A stretch of DNA of 64,000 nt. Origin: Saccharibacillus sacchari. Lineage in GTDB: Bacteria > Bacillota > Bacilli > Paenibacillales > Paenibacillaceae. The notes beneath the pieces are model-generated. The model made no database searches, was not told the origin of the DNA, and worked only from the letters and a program-made list of their open reading frames with translations. How positions within the stretch are numbered: position 1 is the stretch's first letter; every line of letters begins with the position of its first letter. The DNA is taken from NCBI RefSeq assembly GCF_037722395.1, contig NZ_JBBKAR010000033.1, positions 433,390-497,389 of the forward strand, given 5' to 3'. Below are positions 19,125 through 29,510 of this stretch, piece by piece. A program made the position numbers and the translations under genes.

Positions 19125-21176
19125 ATGAATATACACCTGGATCAAATCCCGGTGAAAGAAGTCAACGGTGTGGGCGCTCGCAAAGTGGAGGAGCTTCACG
19201 CCGTTGGCATTTTTACCGTCAAAGACCTAATTGAATATTTCCCGTTTCGTTACGAAGATTACCGTCAAAAGTCGCTTGGCGATGTCAAAGACGGAGATAA
19301 AGCTACCGTACAGGCCAAAATCGTCGGGATGCCGATCGTGCAGCGTTTTGGCAAAAAGACCAAACTGAGCTGTAAAGTGTTGGCCGATTATTCGATGTTC
19401 ACCGCTGTATGGTTTAACCGCAATTATTTGAAGGATCAACTGGAGCTGGATCGCGAAATCATTCTGACCGGCAAATGGGACGGACGCCGGTTGCAGATGA
19501 ACGTGACGCAGTCGGAGTTTCCGGATCGCGGCGTTATTCGCAGCGGTTCGCTTCAGCCGGTCTATTCGGTCGGCGGCGATCTGACACAGAATTCGTTGCG
19601 AAAAGCTATCGGAAATGCGCTTGATCAGTACGGCGGCCAGCTTGAAGAAGTGCTGCCCGAAGATTTGGTGAAAAAATACGATCTGATGCCGCGTCCGCAA
19701 GCGATCCGTTTGCTTCATCAGCCCGGTGATCTCACCGAAGGCCAGGAAGCACGCAAACGGATGGTTTACGAAGAGTTATTTCTGTTCCAGCTTAAGCTGC
19801 AAGCATACCGTTCTCTGAATCGCGAGCGCCGTGACGGCGTGGTGCATACGACGCCGAACTCGGTGATTCGCGAGTTCGTGCGCAGTTTGCCGTTCGAATT
19901 GACGGATGCGCAGAAGAACGTCGAATTGGAAATTTTAAAAGATATGCGTTCCGAGGCGTGCATGAATCGGCTGCTTCAAGGCGATGTCGGTTCCGGCAAA
20001 ACGGCGGTCGCCGCGATCGGACTGTTCACGACCGTTCGTTCAGGCTTCCAGGGCGCATTGATGGTGCCGACCGAGATCCTGGCCGAACAACATACGCGCT
20101 CGATGCAAAAAATGTTCGAACCGTTCGGGATCACCGTCGGCTTGCTGACAAGCAGCGTCACCGGACGCAAACGCAAAGATCTGCTCGCGGATCTGCAAAT
20201 GGGCATGATCGATATTCTGATCGGCACGCATGCTTTGATCCAAGATGAAGTGAATTTCCGTTCGCTGGGTCTTGTCGTCACGGACGAGCAGCATCGTTTC
20301 GGCGTTAATCAGCGCAGCGTTTTGCGTCGAAAAGGCTATAATCCCGATGTATTAACGATGACCGCTACCCCGATTCCGCGAACCTTGGCCATCACGGCGT
20401 TCGGCGATATGGATGTCTCGACAATTGCCGAACGTCCGAAAGGCCGCGTGCCGATCGAAACGTATTGGGTGAAGCACGAAATGATGGAACGTGTGCTGGG
20501 CTTTATTCGCCGCGAAGTCGCCCAAGGACGCCAAGCCTATATGATTTGTCCGTTGATTGAAGAGTCCGAAAAGCTTGATGTGCAAAACGCGATCGATCTG
20601 CATATGCAGATGAGCGAGTCTTTGCCCGAGTACAAAGTCGGGCTGCTGCACGGTCGAATGAGCGCGGCGGAGAAAGAAGAAACCATGCGTGAATTTTATG
20701 CCGGGGAAACGCAGCTGCTCGTATCCACGACCGTGGTCGAAGTCGGCGTCGATGTACCGAATGCGACCTTGATGGTCATTATGGATGCCGATCGTTTCGG
20801 TCTGTCACAGCTGCACCAGCTTCGCGGACGCGTCGGACGGGGCGAACATGCGTCTTATTGCGTACTGATCGCCGATCCGAAGTCCGAGCTGGGCCGTCAG
20901 CGCATGGGCGTCATGACCGATACCAACGACGGCTTCGAAGTATCGCGCCGCGACCTTGAACTGCGCGGTCCCGGCGATTTCTTCGGCACGAAACAAAGCG
21001 GTCTGCCGGAGTTCAAAGTCGCCGATATGGTTGCCGACTTCAAAGTGTTGGAACAGGCACGCGACGATGCGGCAAAGCTGGTCGAAGATTCATTCTTCTG
21101 GACATCGCCCGCTTACGAAAGCTTGCGCGCCAATTTGGAAAAGGAAGAGAAGTTCCGCGGCGAACTGATCGACTAA
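19125..21176 (+). CDS. recG: ATP-dependent DNA helicase RecG
   Basis: An N-terminal wedge domain is followed by the SF2 helicase motifs GDVGSGKT, DEQHRFG and QLHQLRGRVGRG. Confidence 0.95.
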   Translation: MNIHLDQIPVKEVNGVGARKVEELHAVGIFTVKDLIEYFPFRYEDYRQKSLGDVKDGDKATVQAKIVGMPIVQRFGKKTKLSCKVLADYSMFTAVWFNRNYLKDQLELDREIILTGKWDGRRLQMNVTQSEFPDRGVIRSGSLQPVYSVGGDLTQNSLRKAIGNALDQYGGQLEEVLPEDLVKKYDLMPRPQAIRLLHQPGDLTEGQEARKRMVYEELFLFQLKLQAYRSLNRERRDGVVHTTPNSVIREFVRSLPFELTDAQKNVELEILKDMRSEACMNRLLQGDVGSGKTAVAAIGLFTTVRSGFQGALMVPTEILAEQHTRSMQKMFEPFGITVGLLTSSVTGRKRKDLLADLQMGMIDILIGTHALIQDEVNFRSLGLVVTDEQHRFGVNQRSVLRRKGYNPDVLTMTATPIPRTLAITAFGDMDVSTIAERPKGRVPIETYWVKHEMMERVLGFIRREVAQGRQAYMICPLIEESEKLDVQNAIDLHMQMSESLPEYKVGLLHGRMSAAEKEETMREFYAGETQLLVSTTVVEVGVDVPNATLMVIMDADRFGLSQLHQLRGRVGRGEHASYCVLIADPKSELGRQRMGVMTDTNDGFEVSRRDLELRGPGDFFGTKQSGLPEFKVADMVADFKVLEQARDDAAKLVEDSFFWTSPAYESLRANLEKEEKFRGELID

Positions 21177-21330
21177 ATCCAGTATCTCTAACGTTGACAA
21201 GGTACTGGGCTTATGTGCAAACCGGAAGGAAGCTGACTGGACGTACAAGTCTTGAAACGATTACTTGATCAACCGTCGGCAAGCAAGCCGGCGGTTTTGT
21301 TTTCGGAAAACGGAAAGGAGGAAATTTCTT

Positions 21331-23004
21331 ATGGACCCGACGCATCCGCTGGCTATTTTTTTGCAGTTATTTGAACGGGGATCGTTGCTGTTGATGTGTT
21401 TATTCGTGCTCACGCGCATTCCGCGCTTTAAAGCCGTGTTTCAAAAAGAAGAGTATCGCCCGCAAGATCTCGTTACCGTTACCGCGATCTTCGGGTTATT
21501 TGCTATTTTCGGAACTTACATGGGCATCAGCGTGGAAGGTTCGCTGGTGAATGTCCGCATCGTGGCGATCATGTCGGGAGGATTGCTGTTCGGTCCTTGG
21601 GTCGGCATCGTGACAGGCATCGTTGCGGGGGTTCACCGTTACCTGATCGATATCGGAGGCGTGACCGCATTGCCCTGTCTGATTACCAGCATCGTGGCGG
21701 GGTGCGTCTCCGGCGTGATCCATTTGCGCGTAGCCAAGCGTAAACGCTGGCTGTACGGCATTATCGCGGGCATGTTGTGCGAAGCGTTGACGATGCTGTT
21801 GATTTTGTGGATGGCCGAACCGTATGCGCTGGGTCTGGATATCGTGTCCAAAATCGCGGCTCCGATGATTTTGGCCCAGGTCATGATTGGGTTGATCGTG
21901 ATGCTGGTGCAAAGCGTCGAGGAGGAAAAAGAAAACGTAGCCGCCAAACAGGCAAAACTTGCGCTGGATATCGCCAACGAGACGCTACCGTATTTTCGTA
22001 AAGTGGATAGCGTCTCCCTGCTGCGAATTTGCGAGATCATCGAGCAGAAAATCGGCGCGGACGCGGTAGCGATTACGGATACCAGCCACATTTTGGCGTA
22101 TTCGGGCTTCGGGCAGGAGCGCTACAATATCGGGCACGAGATCATGACGGAGGAAACGAAACAGTCGATCCGAAGCGGCAGTATCACGATACGCAACAAT
22201 GATGCCGATCATCGCAACGAATGGATCAAGTCGATGATTATTATCCCGCTTCAGGAAAAAGGGATCGTGACCGGTGCGCTCAAAATTTACTATCGGCATG
22301 CCCATCAGATCACGTATTCGCTGCGCGAGCTTGCGGTCGGCTTGTCGCAGATCATTTCCACGTTGATGGAAGTGTCGCGGGTCGAGCAGATCAAAGCGAT
22401 GGCGGACAAAGCCGAGATCAAAGCGCTTCAAACGAAGATTAGCCCGCATTTCCTGTTTAACGCGCTGAACGCGATCGCTTCGTCGATCCGTCTCAATCCC
22501 GACAAAGCGCGCGAGTTGATTATCAATCTGTCCGGGTATCTGCGTTACAATCTGGAACTCAACGACGAGTTGATCGAGGTGCATCGCGAGCTTCAGCAGG
22601 TGAAGGATTACGTGGAGATCGAAAAAGCCCGCTTCGGCAACCGGCTTCAGGTGGAGTACGATATCGACGACGAGACGGACGTGAAGATTCCGAGCCTCAT
22701 CATCCAGCCGCTGGTCGAGAACGCGATCGTGCATGGCATTTTAAAAGACAAAGGCAAAGGCACCGTCACGATCCGTGTCAAAAACGAAGGGAATCAAGTC
22801 CGCTTCGAAATCGCAGATACGGGCGTGGGAATCGATCCCTCCGTGATTGAACGAATTCAAAGCGGCAGCATGCCGTCCAACAAAATCGGGCTGTCGAACG
22901 TACATGAGCGACTCAAGCTGATTTACGGAGAAGGCGTGAATATTCGCAGAGCGGATAAAGGTACGGTGATCGGTTTTACGGTCGGAAAGGGGCAATATGA
23001 ATGA
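21331..23004 (+). CDS. lytS: LytS-family sensor histidine kinase (5TM-LytS/YhcK sensor + GAF + HisKA_3/HATPase)
   Basis: A hydrophobic N-terminal sensor is followed by a GAF-like region, an H-box …[11 protein letters not shown]… and N/G ATPase boxes. A ribosome-binding site GGAGG precedes the ATG at 21331. Confidence 0.85.
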   Translation: MDPTHPLAIFLQLFERGSLLLMCLFVLTRIPRFKAVFQKEEYRPQDLVTVTAIFGLFAIFGTYMGISVEGSLVNVRIVAIMSGGLLFGPWVGIVTGIVAGVHRYLIDIGGVTALPCLITSIVAGCVSGVIHLRVAKRKRWLYGIIAGMLCEALTMLLILWMAEPYALGLDIVSKIAAPMILAQVMIGLIVMLVQSVEEEKENVAAKQAKLALDIANETLPYFRKVDSVSLLRICEIIEQKIGADAVAITDTSHILAYSGFGQERYNIGHEIMTEETKQSIRSGSITIRNNDADHRNEWIKSMIIIPLQEKGIVTGALKIYYRHAHQITYSLRELAVGLSQIISTLMEVSRVEQIKAMADKAEIKALQTKISPHFLFNALNAIASSIRLNPDKARELIINLSGYLRYNLELNDELIEVHRELQQVKDYVEIEKARFGNRLQVEYDIDDETDVKIPSLIIQPLVENAIVHGILKDKGKGTVTIRVKNEGNQVRFEIADTGVGIDPSVIERIQSGSMPSNKIGLSNVHERLKLIYGEGVNIRRADKGTVIGFTVGKGQYE

Positions 23005-23807
23005 GCATGAGAGGGATCATCGTGGAAGACGAATTTTTGGCGATGGAAGAACTGGATTATCTGGTTGGCAAAAACAGCTCGGTAGAGATCGTCGGCAAAT
23101 TCGAAGACGGGATCGACGTGCTGAAGTTTTTGCAAACGAGCGATGTGGACGTCATTTTTCTCGATATCAATATTCCGTCGCTCGATGGGGTGCTGCTTGC
23201 CAAAAGCGTCAGCAAGTTCGCGAACAAACCCTATATCGTGTTTACGACGGCGTACAAGGAGCATGCGGCGGAAGCGTTCGAGATCGAGGCGTTCGACTAT
23301 ATCCTGAAGCCGTATCACGAACCGCGCATCGCGGCGATGCTGTCGAAGCTGGAAGCGGCATTTGCGGCGAAAAAGCAGCGGGAGGAAGCCGAAGCGGCAG
23401 CGATCTCCGCGCATAACGGAGCGATCCGTGAGGCGTCCCCGGCAAGTACGGAAGCTCCGGCTTCTCTTGCGGCGGTCAATCATCGGGTCAATCTGTACAA
23501 AGACGACAAAATCATCGTAGTCGACGCGGACGATATTTATTATGCTTCGGCCCAGGAAAAAACAACGCTCGTTTACACGAGAAAAGAAGAGTACACGATG
23601 CACATGAGCATTTCCGACTTTCAAGCGAATCTGCCGCAGGACAAGTTCTTCCGCTGCCATCGCTCGTATACGGTCAATCTGTCGAAGATCCGCGAGATCG
23701 TGCCGTGGTTCAACAACACGTATCTGCTGCGACTGCGCGACGTGAACGCGGAGGTTCCGGTCAGCCGTAGCAAAGCCAAAGAATTCCGGCAACTGATGCG
23801 GATTTAG
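23001..23807 (+). CDS. lytT: LytTR-family response regulator
   Basis: A receiver domain (…IFLDINIP…) is followed by a C-terminal LytTR DNA-binding domain. It overlaps the kinase gene. Confidence 0.85.
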   Translation: MSMRGIIVEDEFLAMEELDYLVGKNSSVEIVGKFEDGIDVLKFLQTSDVDVIFLDINIPSLDGVLLAKSVSKFANKPYIVFTTAYKEHAAEAFEIEAFDYILKPYHEPRIAAMLSKLEAAFAAKKQREEAEAAAISAHNGAIREASPASTEAPASLAAVNHRVNLYKDDKIIVVDADDIYYASAQEKTTLVYTRKEEYTMHMSISDFQANLPQDKFFRCHRSYTVNLSKIREIVPWFNNTYLLRLRDVNAEVPVSRSKAKEFRQLMRI

Positions 23808-23970
23808 TAGTACCAAAAGGTTTCAAAACGTTCAAGACACATGATGCGCATTTCATTCCGTATTTCCGGCATCTCATTCCAAAAACGCTTTCAACAGAAC
23901 GCTCAAGCTTATAATTAAGCCATAAGAGAAGTTCAAATGAAACGTAAAACGAATGAGAGAAGGAATAGAG

Positions 23971-25308
23971 ATGACAGCCATTTCGAAAGCCAACGACAAC
24001 CCTTCGATGCAGGTCAATCGCCTATGGATCGTGATCGGCACCATTATCGTACAGATGGGACTGGGTACGATCTACACGTGGAGCCTGTTTAACCAACCGC
24101 TTGCGGACAAATTCGGTTGGGAACTGGGCGGTACGGCGATGACGTTCTCGATCACCAGCTTCGCCCTTGCGTTTGCGACTTTGTTTTCCGGTAAGCTGCA
24201 AGATAAATTCGGTATTCGCAAGCTGATCGCCGCCTCGGGTATCGTACTCGGCGTCGGACTGATGCTTTCTTCGCAGGTTACATCGCTCGGGCTGCTGTAT
24301 CTGGTGGCTGGCGTACTGGTCGGTTACGCGGACGGTACGGCGTATATGAGTTCGTTATCCAATCTGATCAAATGGTTCCCTAAACACAAAGGTCTGATGT
24401 CCGGCGTATCGGTCGGCGCGTACGGTACGGGCAGCTTGATTTTCAAATACATCAACGGTGCCATGATCGAATCGCACGGCGTATCGCAAGCGTTCCTGAT
24501 CTGGGGAATTATCGTGCTGGCTATGGTGGTGTTCGGATCGTTCCTGATTCGCGAAGCGGTCGTTGCGGCGACTCTCGCTTCGGCGTCCGGCATTCGCGTC
24601 AAAGACTTTACGGTCAAAGAAATGCTCAAAACCAAACAGGCCTATCTGCTGTTCGTCGTGTTCTTCACGGCCTGCATGAGCGGATTGTACCTGATCGGCA
24701 GCGTCAAAGACATCGGCGTGCGTCTCGCGGGACTGGACGTTGCTACAGCCGCCAACGCGGTTGCCATGATCGCGATCTTCAATACGGCCGGACGTCTGAT
24801 CCTCGGCCCGCTGTCCGATAAAGTCGGCCGTCTGAAAGTCGTCTCCGGCGCACTGCTGGTCACCTTCGCGGCGGTCATGGTGCTTAGCTTCGCGACACTG
24901 ACGTATCCGTTGTTCTTCGCCAGCGTAGCTGCGATCGCGTTCTGTTTCGGCGGCAACATCACCGTGTTCCCGGCGATTGTCAGCGACTTCTTCGGTTTGA
25001 AAAACCAAGGGAAAAACTATGGCGTGATCTATCAGGGCTTCGGCCTCGGCGCTTTGTCCGCTTCGTTTATCGCGGCGCTGCTCGGCGGATTCAAACCTAC
25101 GTTCCTGGTGATCGGCGTGCTGTGCGCCATCTCGTTCCTGATCGCGGTGTGGGTCAAAGCGCCAACGGCTGCGGCGGTTGTCTCGGAAACTTCTTCGGAA
25201 GCGACGGAAGCAGGCGAAGATGCGATCGGAAAAGATACCCGTGGCAAAGAAGCTCAAGGCAAAGACGGCAAAGGCATGCGGCTTAATCCGCAAACGAAAG
25301 GCATCTAA
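23971..25308 (+). CDS. MFS transporter, oxalate/formate-antiporter (OFA)-like family
   Basis: About 12 transmembrane segments with MFS motifs. It is the same family as E. coli YhjX. A hairpin-T6 terminator follows at 25586-25620. Confidence 0.75.
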   Translation: MTAISKANDNPSMQVNRLWIVIGTIIVQMGLGTIYTWSLFNQPLADKFGWELGGTAMTFSITSFALAFATLFSGKLQDKFGIRKLIAASGIVLGVGLMLSSQVTSLGLLYLVAGVLVGYADGTAYMSSLSNLIKWFPKHKGLMSGVSVGAYGTGSLIFKYINGAMIESHGVSQAFLIWGIIVLAMVVFGSFLIREAVVAATLASASGIRVKDFTVKEMLKTKQAYLLFVVFFTACMSGLYLIGSVKDIGVRLAGLDVATAANAVAMIAIFNTAGRLILGPLSDKVGRLKVVSGALLVTFAAVMVLSFATLTYPLFFASVAAIAFCFGGNITVFPAIVSDFFGLKNQGKNYGVIYQGFGLGALSASFIAALLGGFKPTFLVIGVLCAISFLIAVWVKAPTAAAVVSETSSEATEAGEDAIGKDTRGKEAQGKDGKGMRLNPQTKGI

Positions 25309-25372
25309 TCGAGACTTTCGTTTAAAAACAAAAGTTTCCGGGGATTCGATTGGTTTACGGACTTTCCCGGCC

Positions 25373-25536
25373 TAGGGCGTGTCTTCAAACCTACCAACGT
25401 GCATCTTTTACCGCCTTTTCGTCCTGCCCTACGTCACTTTCCCTTGACGTGCCCCGGCACGCCTTCAGAAAAGTTCCTTGGTCAGCACGAAAATTCGGCA
25501 AAATCTGCTTCCGTCGAGGTTTGAAGACATGCCCTA
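25373..25536. mobile_element. MITE-like element (copy 1): ~19-bp imperfect terminal inverted repeats GGGCGTGTCTTCAAACCT / AGGTTTGAAGACATGCCC, flanked by TA on both sides
   Basis: The terminal inverted repeat is visible directly in the sequence. The element is non-coding. Its internal sequence is ~75% identical, in inverted orientation, to the element at 59839-60042. Confidence 0.7.
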
Positions 25537-25737
25537 GCGCCGGGGGCGAGCGGGTCCCTTATAGAGACACATATGATGTTGGCTAAAAGCCCCGACGAAG
25601 ATCTGTCGGGGCTTTTTTGATGGGTTTAAAAATAAAATTAGAAATTTCCGACTTTTTGCTTGTGCTTCACGCATATATGATTAGACGGATGATACGTGTT
25701 GGGGCAATCGGCGGGAGGAGGTCGGGGGAAAGTCTTG

Positions 25738-26409
25738 ATGCAGAATACGAAAAGAAACGGAAAAAGAAATGAAAAAGAGAATACACAAGGAAACAGTCAA
25801 ACCAAAATTGCGGCGCACGAGGCGCGGTTAGTTCGGCGGATTCAGCAGAAAGGCGACCGTGCGGCCGCCGACGAGTTGGTTTCGATCTATTATCGCGAGA
25901 TTTATGCTTTTGTGTATCGTCAGCTTCAGGAGCGCGAGCAGAGTTTGGATCTGACGCAGGATATTTTCGTCAGCATGCTGCGCAGTATCGGTTCGTTTGA
26001 AGGCAAAGTGGCGTCGCTGCGCACCTGGTTATACCGGATCGCTACCAATCGGGTGATTGATCATTTTCGCTCCAGAGCGTACCGGGACGCCAAGTTGACC
26101 GATCCGATCAACGATTTTGAATTTCCAACGAACGAAGATTTCACGCTGGAGCTGGAACAACGCGATGAAGTGGGGCGTGTGCTGGAGCTGTTGCGGACAT
26201 TCGAATGGCGCGCCCAGGAGATCGTCAGGCTGAAGTTGTTTGCGGAGCAGACCTTTGCCGAGATTTCGCAGATTATGGGCTTGCCGGATTCGACGGTCAA
26301 AACTCACTATTACGCGGCGATTCGTAAAATCAAACAAAAATTCAAGGAGGAGCGGCATGAAGAATCATCGGGAAACACAGCTTCGAAGCGGCGAACGGCC
26401 GGCGTTTGA
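25738..26409 (+). CDS. ECF (sigma-70 family, group 4) sigma factor
   Basis: Region 2 and region 4 are recognisable (…LVSIYYREIYAFVYRQL…, …FAEISQIMGLPDSTVKTHYYAAIRKIK). The N-terminal ~30 aa are Lys/Asn-rich. Confidence 0.8.
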   Translation: MQNTKRNGKRNEKENTQGNSQTKIAAHEARLVRRIQQKGDRAAADELVSIYYREIYAFVYRQLQEREQSLDLTQDIFVSMLRSIGSFEGKVASLRTWLYRIATNRVIDHFRSRAYRDAKLTDPINDFEFPTNEDFTLELEQRDEVGRVLELLRTFEWRAQEIVRLKLFAEQTFAEISQIMGLPDSTVKTHYYAAIRKIKQKFKEERHEESSGNTASKRRTAGV

Positions 26410-27142
26410 CGATATCGATTATCCGGACGAATCCGAAATCCGTCTGCACATCGCATCCATCGTGGACGAAGCGCTGCCGGTCACGCCTTTCTTTTCAAGC
26501 GAGTTAGGCAAAATGTATCGTCAACTCGGGTTTCGCCATTTGTTCCGGGATTTGACGGAGATTGTGTTTGTGTTAGTGCTGGGCTTGGGAATCCTGGTCT
26601 TTATGGCTTTATTCGTACTGTCCAACGCCAATACGGACGGAATTTACGCGTTTATTTTTATCGTATCGCCTTTGCTTTATCTCGCCGTGGCTGTTATTTT
26701 TTTTGCCGATTTGCGCAGGCGAGATACGTATCAGGTGGAGATGTCCTGCCGCTATAACGTGTATCAACTTGCGTCGCTTCGTATGTTGATTTTTGCCGCC
26801 GTAGCGCTGGTTGTGAATATCGGATTCGTATGTTGGATCGCGATCGCTTCGCAGCAGGTCGAACTTTTGCGCGGAGTGCTGCTGTCGGTATCGTCGCTAT
26901 TTTTGTTCGCCGCTATGTTCCTGTATGGACAACTGCGCGGACGAACGGCTGCAAGCCGTTACGGGCTGGTCGGTCTATGGCCGCTGCTCAACGCCGGATT
27001 ATGGATTGCGCAGCCGCATGGGTATTTGAGTTTGCTGTCGGGCATTCCCCTATATGCGTATGCGATGCTGATCGTGCTGGGAGCCGCCGCTTACGTGAGT
27101 CAGACCCGACGCTTGCTTTATTTTAAACCAAAGCTGACCTGA
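26357..27142 (+). CDS. putative anti-sigma factor / polytopic membrane protein co-transcribed with the ECF sigma
   Basis: It overlaps the 3' end of the sigma gene. It has a cytoplasmic N-terminus followed by ~6 transmembrane segments. A ribosome-binding site AAGGAGG precedes the ATG at 26357. The function is inferred from the arrangement only. Confidence 0.5.
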   Translation: MKNHRETQLRSGERPAFDDIDYPDESEIRLHIASIVDEALPVTPFFSSELGKMYRQLGFRHLFRDLTEIVFVLVLGLGILVFMALFVLSNANTDGIYAFIFIVSPLLYLAVAVIFFADLRRRDTYQVEMSCRYNVYQLASLRMLIFAAVALVVNIGFVCWIAIASQQVELLRGVLLSVSSLFLFAAMFLYGQLRGRTAASRYGLVGLWPLLNAGLWIAQPHGYLSLLSGIPLYAYAMLIVLGAAAYVSQTRRLLYFKPKLT

Positions 27143-27178
27143 GTCCGGAAAAAGCAAAAGAAAAGGAGTTGAATCACC

Positions 27179-28114
27179 ATGCTGACTGTACATGCTGTAA
27201 CTAGACGCTACGGCAACGACCCTGCGCTGGAAGGAATAGATCTGGCTTTTGAAAATGGAGTCTATGGACTGCTTGCACCGAACGGAGCGGGAAAAACGAC
27301 GCTGCTGAAGATGTTGGCCGGACTGCTTCCCCCATCGGAAGGCGAGATTTTGTATGAAGGAGAATCTATCGCGGCGTTAGACGAGAAGTATCGGATGCGA
27401 CTGGGCTATTTGCCGCAGCGCTTCGGTTATTATCCCAACGATACGCCTCGCAAATATATGCAGTACCTCGCCGCAATCAAAGGGATGGGCCGGAAAGAAG
27501 CACTGGAGCGGTCCGAACTTCTGCTTGAAGCGGTAGCGCTCGGCGAGGTCAAACGTAAAAAGATGAAGACGTTCTCCGGCGGCATGATCCAACGGGTTGG
27601 CATCGCGCAGGCGCTGTTGAACGATCCGCGTGTGCTGATTTTGGACGAACCGACAGGCGGTCTTGATCCAAAAGAACGTGCGAGGTTTCGGAGTCTGCTG
27701 ACCAAGCTTGGCCGCGAACGGATCGTTATTTTGTCCACGCATGTGGTGTCGGATGTGGAATCGGCGGCGAATGAGATCGTTTTGCTGAAAAACGGTCGCG
27801 TATTTGCCAAAGACAAGCCGGAAGCCATTTGCGCCATGCTGGCAGGGAAAGTGTACGAGACGAGAGTGTCCGATCATGAAGTCGATACTTTTCGGCAAAA
27901 TTATCCGATCTTGGCCGAACGAGGGGAAGCGGAGGGGTGGCACATGCGCTTCGTGGCAGAAGCCGAATCGGCCATGCCGCATTGGGAACTGATGAAGCCG
28001 GGATTGGAAGACGTGTTTTTATACGTGTATCGGGATGGTGAGCGACAGACGGCGAAGCAGAGATTGTTTCCGGGTGAGTTGGCTGGTGTCAGGGAAGAAG
28101 GTGTGCAGATATGA
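27179..28114 (+). CDS. ABC transporter ATP-binding protein
   Basis: Walker A APNGAGKTT, signature FSGGMIQR and Walker B ILDEPTGGLD are all present. Confidence 0.88.
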   Translation: MLTVHAVTRRYGNDPALEGIDLAFENGVYGLLAPNGAGKTTLLKMLAGLLPPSEGEILYEGESIAALDEKYRMRLGYLPQRFGYYPNDTPRKYMQYLAAIKGMGRKEALERSELLLEAVALGEVKRKKMKTFSGGMIQRVGIAQALLNDPRVLILDEPTGGLDPKERARFRSLLTKLGRERIVILSTHVVSDVESAANEIVLLKNGRVFAKDKPEAICAMLAGKVYETRVSDHEVDTFRQNYPILAERGEAEGWHMRFVAEAESAMPHWELMKPGLEDVFLYVYRDGERQTAKQRLFPGELAGVREEGVQI

Positions 28115-29304
28115 AGACGATTGCGCATGGTTCCGTAAACAGTTACGGCAGATCGAAGCTTTCGTTGGTTTGGCTGGAGTTCAAAAAGTTGTTTATGCCG
28201 AAAAGGATCGGGTTTGCGGCGTTGGTGCTATTGCTTGGCGGGTTGTGGTTGTATCCGTTCCATGTATTGTATCCCGGCTCAGAGTTCAAAAACTGGAATA
28301 CGGCCATTGCCGTAGATATGGAAGCGAAGTATGGCGATCAAATCAGCGCAGCCGAGGCGGAACAATTCAAACAGTCTTTGGCGCCGAAAATCGCGGAAGC
28401 AGATGCTTATATCCGTTCGACGCCCGCATTCGCCAAAGCCAATCTGGATAGCTACGAACGGTATATCAAAAGATCCGGTATGGCGGACGGAGGGACGATG
28501 CCGCTATGGCGAATCATCCAAGCCGGGCCGGCTCGGGATTTGTTTGCAGAGCTGCAAGCGTCGTTCGAGTGGATAGACTATTATGAGGATAATTATTCGA
28601 ATACAGTAGGTATGAATGAAAAAGAGAAAGAACGAGTGGCGGAAATCAGAAGCCGCGAATGGGTATCGGTGCTGCCTACTGACTTTTTAAACAACTATAA
28701 TTCTGTAAACCTTTTGAATCGACTCGCTATAGCGGCTATGCTAATCACCTCGCTGCTTGTCATGCATATCCATATCGGCGACCGTCGCTCAGGGCTAGGC
28801 GAGATACAAGCGGCATCGAAATCAGGGGTGAAAGGGCTGTTTCGTATCAAAATAGGCGCGGCGCTGTTAGCGGGAACATTCGTCGCGGCGGTACTGTTTG
28901 TCGTTCTGCTGTTGGCTTATCGTTTCAGCGGAACTTGGAGTTTGATGGGAGCGGATATCAGTCGAAAAGGAGGAGGCTTTTTCTGGTACGATATGAGCTT
29001 CTTGCAATATATGTGTGTGACCTATGCCGCTGTAGTGGCTCTTTGCTGGATCGCGGCATTGTTGACCGTGTTCTTTTCGTCGGTCGCACCGAATTATATC
29101 GTATTGGCCGGAGCGGTTGCTTTGACGTTAATCTTGTTTTTTGAAGGGGACTACTTTTTAAATCCGATGTTAAACAATATTCTTAGCGTAGGGTTGGGAC
29201 GGGGTCCGTTTCAGACGTTTATCGAACTGGCCGTTTTGCTGGCGATTTCAAGCGGACTGCTGTATGTCGCATGGAAACGGGAAAGCAGGCGTATCGGATG
29301 GTAA
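28111..29304 (+). CDS. ABC-2-type permease-like membrane protein partner of the preceding ATPase
   Basis: It overlaps the ATPase gene. An N-terminal transmembrane segment is followed by a large extracytoplasmic loop and ~5 C-terminal transmembrane segments. No specific family was recognised. Confidence 0.5.
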   Translation: MKTIAHGSVNSYGRSKLSLVWLEFKKLFMPKRIGFAALVLLLGGLWLYPFHVLYPGSEFKNWNTAIAVDMEAKYGDQISAAEAEQFKQSLAPKIAEADAYIRSTPAFAKANLDSYERYIKRSGMADGGTMPLWRIIQAGPARDLFAELQASFEWIDYYEDNYSNTVGMNEKEKERVAEIRSREWVSVLPTDFLNNYNSVNLLNRLAIAAMLITSLLVMHIHIGDRRSGLGEIQAASKSGVKGLFRIKIGAALLAGTFVAAVLFVVLLLAYRFSGTWSLMGADISRKGGGFFWYDMSFLQYMCVTYAAVVALCWIAALLTVFFSSVAPNYIVLAGAVALTLILFFEGDYFLNPMLNNILSVGLGRGPFQTFIELAVLLAISSGLLYVAWKRESRRIGW

Positions 29305-29462
29305 ATCAACCTATCTCGTACATCTACACCGTATCCACTGAAATCCGTCGCTGGCTCACACCGGTCCTTTTGATCCTGTACGTTTTATGCTGCGCGTATC
29401 CGTTCGTTTATCTGGCATTTTCGCACCGTGCTTATTCACTCAGCGATTGGATAGACGTATAG
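29298..29462 (+). CDS. small (54-aa) hydrophobic protein, possibly translationally coupled (ATGGTAA overlap)
   Basis: A single transmembrane helix. The only other support is gene context. Confidence 0.3.
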   Translation: MVNQPISYIYTVSTEIRRWLTPVLLILYVLCCAYPFVYLAFSHRAYSLSDWIDV

Positions 29463-29510
29463 TAGAAGCAGAAGAGATCGAACGACATAGGTTTGAGGAG
29501 GAAATTGGCG

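Noticed and set aside
29271-29462. The ORF-track 63-aa ORF starting at 29271
   Set aside because: Its first 9 codons overlap the permease C-terminus in another frame without a ribosome-binding site. If it is real, the start is the internal ATG at 29298 (ATGGTAA coupling). It is kept as a low-confidence feature.
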